From: Candidatus Latescibacterota bacterium
GTDB taxonomy: Bacteria > Latescibacterota > UBA2968 > UBA8231
Direction of reading: 5' to 3'
NCBI GenBank assembly: GCA_965204725.1
Contig: OZ242005.1
Location: forward strand, 2,592,001-2,656,000
DNA length: 64,000 nt
The notes beneath the pieces were generated by a model that saw nothing but the letters and a program-made list of their open reading frames with translations, made no database searches and was not told the DNA's origin. Positions 26,442 through 37,176 of the stretch are shown in pieces; within the stretch, counting starts at the first letter, position 1, and every line of letters begins with the position of its first letter. Both the position numbers and the translations under genes were made by a program.

Positions 26442-29414
26442 ATGCGTGAATGGATCGCCGGCGTTGGGCTTGTAAGCCTAGTGCTGGGGTTAGGATGCGA
26501 GCCGGAAGTAGAGACCAAAACGGCGTCGGTCGAGGTGCAATTCGTCGATGTGACCGAGGCCGTTGGCCTCGATTTTCGCCAAGTCTCCGGTAGCGCAGAG
26601 CAGCACTATATTCTCGAGTCCATGTCGTCGGGTGCCGCCTTTTTCGACTACAATGGCGATGGGTATCTCGATGTATTCTTGGTCAACAGTACGCGAGTAG
26701 AGGCCGATTCTTCGCATCATTCCAATCGGCTCTACCGCAACACCAAAGGGGCCAATGGGCGCGTCTTTGAGGACCAAACCGACGAGGCTGGCCTGCGGCG
26801 GACGGGGTGGGGTATGGGGTGCGCGGTGGGAGATTACGACAACGACGGCGATTTGGACTTGTACGTCACCTATTGGGGGCCTAATGTATTCTATCGCAAC
26901 GACGGGGATAGGTTTGCCGAGGTCGAGCTGGGCGTAGAGGACGATGGCTGGGGAACCAGCGCGGCGTTTGGCGACGTGGATGCAGACGGTTTTTTAGACC
27001 TATACGCGGCCAACTATTTGGTTTTCGACCTGCAAAACCCGCCCGGCGGCGGTCAGCTCTGTAGCGGCTTCAAGGGGTTGGACGTCTATTGCGGGCCACA
27101 CGGCATGGTGCCCCAAGCCAACGTGCTCTACCGCAACGAGGGCGGGGGCGGCTTTGCGGATATGAGCCGGACGACGGGGATTGACGCAGACCAGCAAGCA
27201 TCTTTGGGAGTAGTCTTTCTCGACAGCGACAACGACGGGGACCAAGATCTCTACGTGGCCAACGACGGCTACCCCAACCTGCTCTATCGCAACGACGGCC
27301 CTTGGCAACTGGAGGAAGTAGCGGCCTTTGCCGGGGCGGCCTATAGCGAGGACGGGCGGGCGCAAGCCGGCATGGGCGCGGCGGCCGGCGACTACGACAA
27401 CGATGGCGATCTGGACCTGTACATGACCCACTTTTCGGACGACGTCAATACGCTGTACCAGAACGAGGGGAACGGCCATTTCGTCGATTTCACGGCGGCG
27501 GCCGGGCTAGGCGGTCCGGTGCGGCCCTACTTGGGCTGGAGCACGGGATTTTTTGACTACGACAACGATGGTTGGCTGGACCTCTTCGCGGTCAACGGTC
27601 ACATCTACCCCCAAGTCGCCCAGCATCCTTCGGGACTGCGCTATGCCCAGCGCAACCTGCTCTACCAGAATGCGGGTGGGACGTTTATCGAGGTTGGAGC
27701 TAGGGTTGGGCGGGGCTTTGCCCAAGAAAAGGTCAGTCGCGGCGGGGCGCTGGGAGACTACGACAATGATGGCGATCTGGACTTGCTGATAGTGAATCTG
27801 AATGACGCGCCGACGCTTTTGCACAATCGCGGCGGGAGCCGCAGCAATTGGCTGGGGATCGAACTGGTGGGCCGTGAGAGCAACCGCGACGCACAGGGGG
27901 CGCGGGTTGTGCTCTCGGCGGATAACGGACAACAGGTGCGGGAAGTACAGCGCGGAGTCGGGTACTTATCGCAAAGCGACGGCCGGGTGCTCTTCGGGTT
28001 GGGCGCGGCCGAGGAAGTAGAGAGCGTAGATATCCGTTGGCCTAGCGGGAGGGTACAAGTTTTGGAGCGACCGGAGACTCGGCACTACTGGGTAGTACGG
28101 GAAGGAGAAGAGGGCCTCGTTTCGAGCTATGTCGGGGCGGATACAGAGGACTTGGTCGCAGGCGAGCAGCCAGTCCAAATGGACAGCGCGCTGACGGTCT
28201 CCCCCTACGTGGCCGGGGACGACCAGACGGCCGCAGACCATTATAAAGCGGGCATTGAACGGTATCGACAAGGGTGCTATCAAGAGGCGATTGACGCCTT
28301 GAGCATGTCCATCCGCATGCAGCCGGACGATCTCAAAACCTACTACTCCTTGGGTATCGCGCTCTATTCGGGGCTGGGCCGGGCCGAGGAGGCCGCGGCG
28401 GTTTTGGAGGAGGTCGTAGGACGCGATTCGTCGTGGGCGCAGGTCTATCCGCTTTTGGGAGCGGTCTATATGGATCTCAACCGCAAAGACAGAGCCATTC
28501 AGCGACTCGAGCGCGCGGTGGCATTGGATCCTACGTGGGAAAACCACAACCGACTGGGGCTGGCCCAGCTCCGCAACGAAAATCCGACCGCGGCGATCGC
28601 AGCCTTTGAACGCGCCGTTCGCCAAGCACCGTGGCAGCCGCACCCGCACCTGAACCTAGCCCGGCTCTACGAGCAACAGGGCAGGGAGCAGGCGGCCGCA
28701 CGCCAGCGGCAAATTTTTGTGCAGTTGCAGCCTATAGAAGACAGAGTGCAGCGCCATTTGGATAACCTGTCCTCCTTTCCGGGCGATATCGAATCTCGCC
28801 ATCTGCTGGGCGAAGCCTACGTGGCACAGGGGCGCGTTGAGGAGGGGCTCGCCGCTTTTCGTCAGGTCATCGCCGCCGACTCCAGCTACGCACCGGCCCA
28901 TTACGGCTTGGGGGCTGCGTTGCACTACAAGAACGAATTGGACGCTGCGATTGCGGCCTATGAACGAGCCTGCAAGCTACAGCCGGGGCTGGTGGGAGCC
29001 TTTGCGGATCTAGGCCAAGCCTACCACCAACTCCGCGACTATGAACGGGCGATTGCCGCCTATCGTCAGGCTTTGGTGCTGCAACCGGATTTGCAGGTCG
29101 TGCGAACCAAACTAGGTATGGCCTACGCCCAGCAGGGTGACCTAGCGCAGGCCGTGGCGGCCTTCAAGACGGCCCTGAGTGCCGATTCCACCTTGGTCGC
29201 CGCCCGCGACGCTCTGGCACAGGTATATGCCGCACAGGGACAGTACGCAGCGGCCATTCGCGAGTGGGAGGCCGTGCTGCGGTTGGATCCTCGCTATCCC
29301 CGAGCGGTGAGTCAGTTGCGCTTAGCCCGCGACAAGCTCGCAAAAAAGAAAGCCCCCGTTCCGCAAACAGAAGCGAAACAGGGGCTTGGCAATGAGCAAG
29401 AAGCCAGCAGGTAG
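26442..29414 (+). CDS. CRTAC1/FG-GAP (VCBS) + ASPIC-UnbV + TPR lipoprotein
   Basis: LGLGC lipobox; repeated GDYDNDGDLDL; FGLG...IRWPSG; C-terminal TPRs. Confidence 0.9.
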   Translation: MREWIAGVGLVSLVLGLGCEPEVETKTASVEVQFVDVTEAVGLDFRQVSGSAEQHYILESMSSGAAFFDYNGDGYLDVFLVNSTRVEADSSHHSNRLYRNTKGANGRVFEDQTDEAGLRRTGWGMGCAVGDYDNDGDLDLYVTYWGPNVFYRNDGDRFAEVELGVEDDGWGTSAAFGDVDADGFLDLYAANYLVFDLQNPPGGGQLCSGFKGLDVYCGPHGMVPQANVLYRNEGGGGFADMSRTTGIDADQQASLGVVFLDSDNDGDQDLYVANDGYPNLLYRNDGPWQLEEVAAFAGAAYSEDGRAQAGMGAAAGDYDNDGDLDLYMTHFSDDVNTLYQNEGNGHFVDFTAAAGLGGPVRPYLGWSTGFFDYDNDGWLDLFAVNGHIYPQVAQHPSGLRYAQRNLLYQNAGGTFIEVGARVGRGFAQEKVSRGGALGDYDNDGDLDLLIVNLNDAPTLLHNRGGSRSNWLGIELVGRESNRDAQGARVVLSADNGQQVREVQRGVGYLSQSDGRVLFGLGAAEEVESVDIRWPSGRVQVLERPETRHYWVVREGEEGLVSSYVGADTEDLVAGEQPVQMDSALTVSPYVAGDDQTAADHYKAGIERYRQGCYQEAIDALSMSIRMQPDDLKTYYSLGIALYSGLGRAEEAAAVLEEVVGRDSSWAQVYPLLGAVYMDLNRKDRAIQRLERAVALDPTWENHNRLGLAQLRNENPTAAIAAFERAVRQAPWQPHPHLNLARLYEQQGREQAAARQRQIFVQLQPIEDRVQRHLDNLSSFPGDIESRHLLGEAYVAQGRVEEGLAAFRQVIAADSSYAPAHYGLGAALHYKNELDAAIAAYERACKLQPGLVGAFADLGQAYHQLRDYERAIAAYRQALVLQPDLQVVRTKLGMAYAQQGDLAQAVAAFKTALSADSTLVAARDALAQVYAAQGQYAAAIREWEAVLRLDPRYPRAVSQLRLARDKLAKKKAPVPQTEAKQGLGNEQEASR
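29342..29387 (-). terminator. Intrinsic terminator for the 29421-30308 gene, overlapping the end of the convergent CDS
   Basis: AAGCCCC...GGGGCTT stem preceded by an A-tract on the plus strand. Confidence 0.55.
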
Positions 29415-29420
29415 GGTTAT

Positions 29421-30308
29421 CTATCGGCCCAAGCTACTCTTGAGCTGGCCCCAACTGGTTGCTTCGACGCTCGTCGACGAAAAGTCAATCCCCTCTTCGA
29501 GCGGCGCGAGGACAAAGTCGTTGAGCGCGATATTGCTGCTCTCTGGAGTGGTGCCCCAAAAGCCTTGGTAGGCGTGGTCGGACTGGGGCGCGTCAATATC
29601 GCCGTTGTTGATCGAGATATGGATGATATCCTCCTCTTCGAGGTCGTAAATCTCGATGTTGTCGGGCGTGGCATTCTCCCGAGGAATCAAGGCAATAGGC
29701 GTAATACCTAGTTCGTAGTAATAGGTACTTTCGCCGAACATGTCGCCATCGAAGGACCAGCCAAACGAAGTAAAGTCGCCCCCGTCCGAAAGCCACGCTA
29801 GGTTGCCGATGGGCTCGAGCGACTGATAGACGCCTTCGAGGGGCGGCACGACCCATTTATAGGCGATCCGGTTCACGGGCTCGGCGGCGAGGTTCTGCTC
29901 GTCGGCGGCGAGGTGGGTCGGGTTGACTTCCACCTCCCAGTTGTCATCGTCCCAATGGCGAGCTGGGTCCTCGCGGTCGGTATTGTGGATGTTGTCAAAG
30001 ACTTGGTTGGCGAAATAGAGCTTGTTGAGATTTTCGTTCCAACCGAGGATGTGAAGCGGGTTGAAGTCGCTGAGATCGAGCTCGCCGCGACCCGCTTCGT
30101 GGAACTGCGCTGGGTCGTAGAGCTTGTCGCTGCGGATCACATAGGGCTTGTCCGGGACGATATTCCAGTCCGAAAGGTCGCCGTCTATCGTCGGCACAGC
30201 ACCATCGGGAAACTGGAAGAGAAAGAAGAACTCACCCGGCGGGTTGTGGGCGTTAGCCAGCCCAGCCGATACGAGCAGGACCATCAGTCCTTTTGCGATT
30301 TTTTGCAT
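29421..30308 (-). CDS. Secreted protein with CBM9/DOMON-like start and C-terminal SVEATSWGQLK tail
   Basis: Signal peptide ending ANA-H; PTIDGDLSDW; GAGGAGG RBS. Confidence 0.75.
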   Translation of the reverse strand: MQKIAKGLMVLLVSAGLANAHNPPGEFFFLFQFPDGAVPTIDGDLSDWNIVPDKPYVIRSDKLYDPAQFHEAGRGELDLSDFNPLHILGWNENLNKLYFANQVFDNIHNTDREDPARHWDDDNWEVEVNPTHLAADEQNLAAEPVNRIAYKWVVPPLEGVYQSLEPIGNLAWLSDGGDFTSFGWSFDGDMFGESTYYYELGITPIALIPRENATPDNIEIYDLEEEDIIHISINNGDIDAPQSDHAYQGFWGTTPESSNIALNDFVLAPLEEGIDFSSTSVEATSWGQLKSSLGR

Positions 30309-30502
30309 GTTGAGAAACCTCCTCAGAATATCGGTATAGCGGTCATGGGACCAAGTTGGGTAGGAGATACGTTGCACGGGAATCGCCTGTCGAAAAAACC
30401 TCCTTTCGACGACCGGCTTGTGGAAAGTTTGGCTTCGCGCAGCATTTGGCTATACCCTACGACAATCGCAAAAAAATGTCAAACAAATCGCACGGACAGA
30501 AT

Positions 30503-32626
30503 TCAATACGCCACCGCGAGGAATCCCATCGTTCTTTCCGTTTGTTCGACATTGAGGGATAGGTCGTATAGGTAGATCCCGGGAGGGACTCGCTGGCCGT
30601 TCGCGTCGGTGCCGTCCCACTCTTGGCGAAACTGTCCGCTGCGGGACCGCGTTGGGGGCAATGCAGCCACCTCTTGCCCGGCTAGATTATAGATATGCAC
30701 CGAGACCGTGCGATCCGTTGCCACCTCGCGCAAACTATACGCGATGGTTAGCGTCTCGTTGATGCCGTCGCCATTGGGCGTAAAGGGGTTGGGGCCGACT
30801 TCCACATTGACCAGCAAATTGCCGCCCACCGGGGTTTTCACGGCGAGCACATCGCCGGAAAAACGGAAGGTGGCGTTGCCCGGCCGGACCTGCTGGCGAA
30901 TCTGATCGGGGTCCTCGCTGCTGAAAACCCAGCTACTGAATTCGGTCCCGTAGCGCAGCACGGGCGCGTTGAAGACCACCTCCAACTGCTTGAAGCTATC
31001 CTCTTCGCCCTTCACCGCTGGAAATTCCACTACGATCCGGTCGTCGAAGATCTCGTTTGGAAAGAGGCTGGGATCCACTCGGGTCCCGTCGAGCACGACC
31101 GCCTCGATAGTATCGACCCGGGCATGGGTGAGAATTTCTAGGTGGTCAAAGCCGATATTGTCCGCCCCAAAGGAGGGCAACACTACATAGGTGAAGGTAG
31201 CAGGCTCAAAGGAATCGACTTCAATGGGCCAAATCTCGCCGACGACTTCTTGGGCCGAAGGCACCTCACCCAACTGTAGTGAGAGTTGATCCAGCCGGGG
31301 GGCGGCAAAGGGGGCTGAAAAAAACCTGATGGCGATCTGGATATAGCGGCTAGGTCCTGGCGAGAGCAGGGGCGTGCCATCCTGCCAAGCCTCGGCGGGC
31401 AACGCCTCGTCGCGCAAGCCGGCCGCGAAATCGTAGGGCGGCGACCAGAAACTCCAATTTTCAGTATCGTACTGGGTGGGCAGGCGGGACAACGCGTCAA
31501 TTTTTAGGTATTCCTTCAGGGTGATCGGGTCCAGATCGCCATTGTTGTTGAGGACGAAGTAGAGCTTGGGGTCGGGGGTGTGCCCGGTGCGGGTGCGGAT
31601 CTCCGCCCGGGTGCCCTCGGGCAACTCGCCGCTCCAGCGGATCTGACCATAGCTGACCGGGCGGCCAAAGTCCAAGATCTGGGTAATGTAAATCATCTCT
31701 TCGACGAAGCCCTCGCCGTAGATTTCAAGCTCGGCGATTTCCCAGTTGCGCAAGGGGAAGGCTTGGAAGGCGAGGAAGCGAATGGACCTCGCCGTGAAGC
31801 TCAGGTCCGTCACCACGTCTAGGTTTTCGCGGGTGGAGTACAGCTCGGTCAGCAAGGGGTCGTTCCGCGTGATCCAGCGCCGGCCGGGCGTGCGACCGCA
31901 CGCGCCGTCTTGGAAGGGCAGCGAAGCATCGCCCACGCGGATATCAAACCAGCCTACGAAATTATCGGCGAAGCTGTCTGCACCAAAGGACTCAAGGGCC
32001 GGCTTGGGCTCGGCAAAACTTTCGATCAGTAGGCGGTCTTCCTCTTGACTGAGGCGCGGATAGAAGCGAATGCGGTTGATCGGCACATTGGCACCGAAGT
32101 CGAATATGATCGCATCGTAAAAAGGACGCCCTTTGCCGATGCCCGGTGCCTTGTTGGGATCCTGCGTAAAGGGGCGGAACTGAGCGGATACGGGATTGGC
32201 GTCGAGCATGAGCTTGTTGAGGGGGGCGTTGTTGCCGGCAAAGAGACAATTGTAAGCCGAAGTCCCATTGCCGTAGGATACGCTGACCTCCCCGCCGGTG
32301 AAATTCAGGGGGACTTCGTTTGATTCGGCGCTTAAATCGGTCAGGGCTAAATTTTCGTGCGGATCGATGAAGCGAGGGCGGATGGAGAAGTCGGAGAAAT
32401 CGACGAGGGTGTCGCCGCCGGTCTCTTGCGGGGCCGTGCCCACAGCGACGCTCCTGAGCAAACTGCCGTTGGCGTCATAGACCCGATACGCACCCACTTC
32501 GGCTTGGCTGCGGGCGTCCTGCCAAGACGGGCCTTCTACCCCTCCCAGATGGTACTCGGTTCGGGCGTTCACCCAAGCAGCGGTGAGCAGGACCGTGCAG
32601 ACGCAGAAAGACAAAGACCTAAGCAT
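30503..32626 (-). CDS. Secreted protein with C-terminal FlgD-Ig/CHU_C-like domain (paralogue 1)
   Basis: Signal peptide; INRIRFYPR, EIRTRTG, WSFWSPPY, PNPFTPNGDGINE, WDG...VPPGIY, ends VAY. Confidence 0.85.
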   Translation of the reverse strand: MLRSLSFCVCTVLLTAAWVNARTEYHLGGVEGPSWQDARSQAEVGAYRVYDANGSLLRSVAVGTAPQETGGDTLVDFSDFSIRPRFIDPHENLALTDLSAESNEVPLNFTGGEVSVSYGNGTSAYNCLFAGNNAPLNKLMLDANPVSAQFRPFTQDPNKAPGIGKGRPFYDAIIFDFGANVPINRIRFYPRLSQEEDRLLIESFAEPKPALESFGADSFADNFVGWFDIRVGDASLPFQDGACGRTPGRRWITRNDPLLTELYSTRENLDVVTDLSFTARSIRFLAFQAFPLRNWEIAELEIYGEGFVEEMIYITQILDFGRPVSYGQIRWSGELPEGTRAEIRTRTGHTPDPKLYFVLNNNGDLDPITLKEYLKIDALSRLPTQYDTENWSFWSPPYDFAAGLRDEALPAEAWQDGTPLLSPGPSRYIQIAIRFFSAPFAAPRLDQLSLQLGEVPSAQEVVGEIWPIEVDSFEPATFTYVVLPSFGADNIGFDHLEILTHARVDTIEAVVLDGTRVDPSLFPNEIFDDRIVVEFPAVKGEEDSFKQLEVVFNAPVLRYGTEFSSWVFSSEDPDQIRQQVRPGNATFRFSGDVLAVKTPVGGNLLVNVEVGPNPFTPNGDGINETLTIAYSLREVATDRTVSVHIYNLAGQEVAALPPTRSRSGQFRQEWDGTDANGQRVPPGIYLYDLSLNVEQTERTMGFLAVAY

Positions 32627-32768
32627 GGCTCATCCTTCCTTGAACTGGGGGACGAGATTTTCTATATAGTAGGCAAAATAAGGCCATATCGACTCGTTGC
32701 CAAAAGTCATTTCACAAGCACTGGCTGCCAACAGGCGCCGCTGCCTCGGTTATATTGGGAGTGCTTCG

Positions 32769-34886
32769 ATGCGTGTATTGGGCTATTTTCCGCGCATTTT
32801 TGCGCTAGCATCAGGGTTGCTAGCGGTCGCTTGGGGCCCCGTTTTCGCCCTCGAAACCGTTACCTTGGGGGAGGATGGCGGCTTGGATTGGCGGGGCGAG
32901 GGCCGTTCCGCCGTGGCGGTCATTGACGCAGAGCATCGATCGCCCCTCAACCCCAACCGCCTGCTCGTGGGCAACGCGCCGGGGAATCTAGTCGAGTTCG
33001 CGCATCCCGATTTTCCCCGCGCTATCTTTCCCCTCCGCATAGAAGACGGCGAAAACATCGCCAACAACACGGTGGCGCGAGGCGGCAACATAGACGCGCC
33101 CAACATTTTCGACTTTGGCCGTGACGTCGGCGTCGCCAGCGGCAGCATATTTGATCGCAACGACCTCCGACTGGCTTTGGAGGAGTTGCTCACGAGCGAG
33201 GATGGCGGTGAAAAGCAGGCGTTTGAGCGCAAGAATTTCAACGCCCTCGGCACACTGGTAATCCTCAACTTGGGAGGGCGTTTTGGCGTCAATCGCATCC
33301 GCTTCTATCCGCGCAATACCGTCCATAAATCCCCAGCCACGCCCTTTCACAACGACTTCTTGCGGGCCTTTGAGCTTTTCACCAACGACGGGATCAGCTT
33401 AACCAACGATGGCAGTTTGATCTGGGACCCCCTGCTGTTGCAGGCCGACAACGAAAATCCCGTCATCGACATAACGATAGACCCGCCCAGTTACGTTCAG
33501 TTCGTGCGCCTGCGAGCCACCTCTACGGTCAACTTCGAGATCGACGAATTCGAGGTGTACGGCACGGGCTTCCTTTCCGAAGTCCGGTACATTTCGGATA
33601 TATTCGACGCGGGCCAGCCCGCCCTCTGGGGCGATATGCGGTGGGTAGAAGAAGTCGTCGGCCCCGAGGTCTTTTCCCGCTTGCAGATTCGCACCCGCAC
33701 GGCAAACGACGCCACGCCCTTTGTCTTTACGCGGCTGTTGGCGGGTCAGCGCGACGCCGAGGAGATTCCGCTCTCGTTGGCGGACCCGACCCAAGAAATG
33801 GAACTAGCCGAGTACGAGACGCTGCCCAAGGACGACGCCCTAGGCCGTCAGTGGAACCCCGGCCTAGTCAGGGACGATCTAATCAACTGGAGTCCGTTCA
33901 GCACCCCCTATCCCGCGAGTGCGGCCAACGGCCCTGGGATTCCAATCGCCTCTCCCAGCCCGAACCGTTACTTCCAGTTTCAAGTCTTTTTTCAAAGCGA
34001 CGACCTAGCGGCAGCCCGGGGGCTAAAATCCCTGAGTTTTGATGTGCTGACGCCGCCCTTTGCCGACGAAGTGATCGGCGAGGTTTTTCCGCGCGAGGTT
34101 CGCATAGCCGAAAACACCGGCTTCACGTACGCCATCCGTCCGGTCTTGGCGACGGCCGGCCTGCGCGGTTTTGACACCATAGAGATACTCACCCCGACCC
34201 GAGTAGAGAGCATAGATCGCCTATCGTTGGTGGATGGAACCGGACAACTCGTCGCCGAGCGCGTCTTTGCTGGGCTCGAGGACACGACCCGCGTTGATGG
34301 ATTCCAAATTCTCGCGGTGGACGACGACAAATTCTCGGTGCGGATTCCCTTCCTGCAAGCAGGCGATGCGCTAGTAAAAATTCACTTTCAGACCGAGGTG
34401 CTGACCTATAGCACCAACTTCACGGCGGCGGTCCGGCTTTCCAACGAAGCGGGGAGTATATCCCAAGCCGTCGTTTCGGGCGATGCCGCAATGCTGGCCG
34501 ACGACGACGATGCCGATCTATCCGGCACCACGGTATTGAGCCCCGCCATGCTGCGCCAAGGCCGTTTGCTAGACAAGATGGAGATTGCGCCGGCGGTCTT
34601 TACCCCCAACGGGGATCGGATCAACGATGTGGCGAGGGTGTACTACAACTTGCTCTCTTTGGATGTTGCCCGCCCGGTAGAGATCGCCGTTTACGACCTA
34701 AGCGGTCGCTTAATCCGCCGCATCCACGACGCCCCCGAGCGCAATGGTCGCTACGAAGACAAGACGTGGGACGGACTCAGTGCCCAAGGGCAGCTAGTCC
34801 CGCCGGGGCTCTATATCGTGCGGTTGGCCGTAGAAGGGGACGCCCAACACGACGAGCAGTCCCGGCTTGTGGGCGTGGCGTATTGA
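32769..34886 (+). CDS. Secreted protein with C-terminal FlgD-Ig/CHU_C-like domain (paralogue 2)
   Basis: VNRIRFYPR, QIRTRT, WSPFSTPY, FTPNGDRIND, WDG...VPPGLY, ends VAY. Confidence 0.85.
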   Translation: MRVLGYFPRIFALASGLLAVAWGPVFALETVTLGEDGGLDWRGEGRSAVAVIDAEHRSPLNPNRLLVGNAPGNLVEFAHPDFPRAIFPLRIEDGENIANNTVARGGNIDAPNIFDFGRDVGVASGSIFDRNDLRLALEELLTSEDGGEKQAFERKNFNALGTLVILNLGGRFGVNRIRFYPRNTVHKSPATPFHNDFLRAFELFTNDGISLTNDGSLIWDPLLLQADNENPVIDITIDPPSYVQFVRLRATSTVNFEIDEFEVYGTGFLSEVRYISDIFDAGQPALWGDMRWVEEVVGPEVFSRLQIRTRTANDATPFVFTRLLAGQRDAEEIPLSLADPTQEMELAEYETLPKDDALGRQWNPGLVRDDLINWSPFSTPYPASAANGPGIPIASPSPNRYFQFQVFFQSDDLAAARGLKSLSFDVLTPPFADEVIGEVFPREVRIAENTGFTYAIRPVLATAGLRGFDTIEILTPTRVESIDRLSLVDGTGQLVAERVFAGLEDTTRVDGFQILAVDDDKFSVRIPFLQAGDALVKIHFQTEVLTYSTNFTAAVRLSNEAGSISQAVVSGDAAMLADDDDADLSGTTVLSPAMLRQGRLLDKMEIAPAVFTPNGDRINDVARVYYNLLSLDVARPVEIAVYDLSGRLIRRIHDAPERNGRYEDKTWDGLSAQGQLVPPGLYIVRLAVEGDAQHDEQSRLVGVAY

Positions 34887-34895
34887 ACGCGAGTT

Positions 34896-37166
34896 CTATC
34901 GCTGTCCGACTATTTTCTGCACCAGTTCTAAATTCTTTTCTACTTCGGCCCTCGCTTTGTCCTGCAAACGCCGTTTTCGCTTGAGTTGGTCGTAGTACGC
35001 GAAGTGCTCCCGCGCTTCCGCTTCGCGGCCGAGGCGCTCGTACACATTGCCCAGACAGGCGTGTACTTGGGCATCCTGCGGCGCGAGTTCGGTAATTTGC
35101 TCGAAGAATACCAGCGCTTCGGGATAGCGCTGCTGCCGAGCCAAGAGTAGCCCCATGCTCCAATAGCCTTCAACGCGGTTTGGCTCGAGGTCGATAGCGC
35201 GGCGCAAAAGGACCTCGGCCCGCTGGGTCTGGCGCGTCTGCTCCAAGAGCGCGGTCGTTTGTCCCGTGGCTGCTTCCGCGACGAGCAGGTCGGCTAAGCG
35301 GATGCGGTACTCGGGTTCGGCAGGGGCTTGCTCCAGCAACGTGCGGTACTCAGCGGCAGCGGCCGGCAACCGGCCTTCTGTTTCGTAAAGCCGGGCTAAC
35401 TGGTAACGCACCAAGGTAGAATCGGGACGCAGGGCTAGGGTGCGGCGATAGGCAGCGGCGGCTTGGCCGAGTTGGCCGGCCATTGCGTGGGCATAGCCGA
35501 TTCGGCCGTGGATGGCCGCCCAGTGGGGGCGCTTTTGGACTACCTGCTCGTAGGTAGCGATCGCGTCCTCGTAGTCGCTCATCTGCAATAGGGCATTGCC
35601 GAGAAAGTAGCGAACTCGGGCCGCCTCGGGGTAGAACTCCAGATATTTTTTGTAGAGCGCGACGGCCTGGTGGTATTCCTTTTCTTCGACGTAGAGGCCT
35701 GCTAGGCGCAAGAGCGCGTCGTCGTGGGCGGGAAGTTGGTTGAGGACCCACTTGTATTCGCGCATGGCATTGGCCGGCATACCTTTGCGCTCGTAAGCAT
35801 AGCCCAGCCAGAAGTGCTGCTGCGGTTCGCCCTCCTCGTCCATAGCCCCGGCGCCGATATTGGCCATGAGCAATAGAAGGGGCAAAGCCACTAGGGCCTT
35901 CCGGCGATAGGGGCTTTCTTTTCCCAGTGAATACAGCCCGAAACCGGCGTAGAGTAAAAGTACGGGCACGACGGGCAGCCGGTAGCGCGCGGTGACGAAG
36001 AAGCCTACCACCGAGACCATGTACGTCAGCGTGAATAGCAAGAAGAGACGCCCCTGCTCAGTCTTACCCGCCGCAGTGCGCGTAAAGAGCACTAGCCCTA
36101 TGAGGGCGAACGGGGCTGCGAATCCGAAGGGGAAGGCCACGCCCTGTTTCCACAAGAGGGCGGACAAAAGCACTGAGTCGCGGCGGGCGAAATATGGATC
36201 GATGTTGCGCTTTATTTCGTCGCCGTGCCAAAATAGATAGAGCTTGTAAAGCTGGAGCCACGCATAGTCGAGCGGATTCGCTGCGGCGAAGTCCCAAGAA
36301 CGGGCGAAAAAGAAACGGGATTTAGCGGATGGGCGTTCAATGCCGGCTTCGCGTTTGGGCATTTCCACGAGCTGGAGCCACGCCCGACCAGGGCGAATAT
36401 CGACCGTGCGCTGATAGTCGGGGTTGTTGCCAATATAGAAGTTGATGCCGGCGTTGTGCGAGATGAGTACCCAGTCGTTGCCGACTAGATAATTGCGCAA
36501 CGCAACCGGGGCAATGACCAGCGCGATGCCGAGGAAAAACAAGGCTCCTCGCTGGACAAAGTTCCCGCGGGAAAACCAAAGCCAAAGAAGCAATACCGGC
36601 GCGAAAAGGAGAATATTGGCCACCGCTAGGGCGGCCAGCCCTAGTACGAGACCGGCGATCAGCCATGGCCAGCCCCGTTTTAGGGGAGCGGTGAGCAGCA
36701 AGAGCAGCAGAGCCACGTTGAGGAGGAGGGCCGGGATGGTGGGTAGTAATTCGCCGCCAAAGTAAATCAGCGGGCCATAGAAAGCGGCGGCCAGACCCGC
36801 CCCGAGTGCCACGGCGGGGGGAAAGAGACGGAGCCCAAGCAGATAGGTCCCCCCACAGACGAGCGCACCGAATAGGGCTTGGAGCAGGCGGGGCAGGTAG
36901 TAATTTTCGCCGCTTACGGCGAAGAGAAAACCGAGCAGATAGGAATAGAGCGGCGGTTGCCAAAAGGGCGTCGGACGCCCAGCCCAAGAGACCTCGCTGA
37001 GGTAGCGGGCGTCATCGACATAGGTCCGAGCATCGACGACCGGAACGGAGAAAAGCGGGCTTGGAGAGAGTTCGTTCAGGTAGCACAGGCGCAGCCCCAA
37101 GGCCAGCAGGACAACGAGGGCGCAAGTCCAAAGTTCGCGGCGGCCGATCGAAAAGCTCGGGGCCAT
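34896..37166 (-). CDS. GT-C (PMT/ArnT-like) membrane glycosyltransferase with C-terminal TPRs
   Basis: DARTY, FWQPPLYSY, many TMs, NFYIGNNP, RYRLP, TPR tail. Confidence 0.8.
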   Translation of the reverse strand: MAPSFSIGRRELWTCALVVLLALGLRLCYLNELSPSPLFSVPVVDARTYVDDARYLSEVSWAGRPTPFWQPPLYSYLLGFLFAVSGENYYLPRLLQALFGALVCGGTYLLGLRLFPPAVALGAGLAAAFYGPLIYFGGELLPTIPALLLNVALLLLLLTAPLKRGWPWLIAGLVLGLAALAVANILLFAPVLLLWLWFSRGNFVQRGALFFLGIALVIAPVALRNYLVGNDWVLISHNAGINFYIGNNPDYQRTVDIRPGRAWLQLVEMPKREAGIERPSAKSRFFFARSWDFAAANPLDYAWLQLYKLYLFWHGDEIKRNIDPYFARRDSVLLSALLWKQGVAFPFGFAAPFALIGLVLFTRTAAGKTEQGRLFLLFTLTYMVSVVGFFVTARYRLPVVPVLLLYAGFGLYSLGKESPYRRKALVALPLLLLMANIGAGAMDEEGEPQQHFWLGYAYERKGMPANAMREYKWVLNQLPAHDDALLRLAGLYVEEKEYHQAVALYKKYLEFYPEAARVRYFLGNALLQMSDYEDAIATYEQVVQKRPHWAAIHGRIGYAHAMAGQLGQAAAAYRRTLALRPDSTLVRYQLARLYETEGRLPAAAAEYRTLLEQAPAEPEYRIRLADLLVAEAATGQTTALLEQTRQTQRAEVLLRRAIDLEPNRVEGYWSMGLLLARQQRYPEALVFFEQITELAPQDAQVHACLGNVYERLGREAEAREHFAYYDQLKRKRRLQDKARAEVEKNLELVQKIVGQR

Positions 37167-37176
37167 GAGGCCGAAG

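Noticed and set aside
26640-27800. Recurring GACTACGACAACGA(C/T)GG DNA motifs
   Set aside because: They encode FG-GAP DxDxDG repeats, not a DNA-level element
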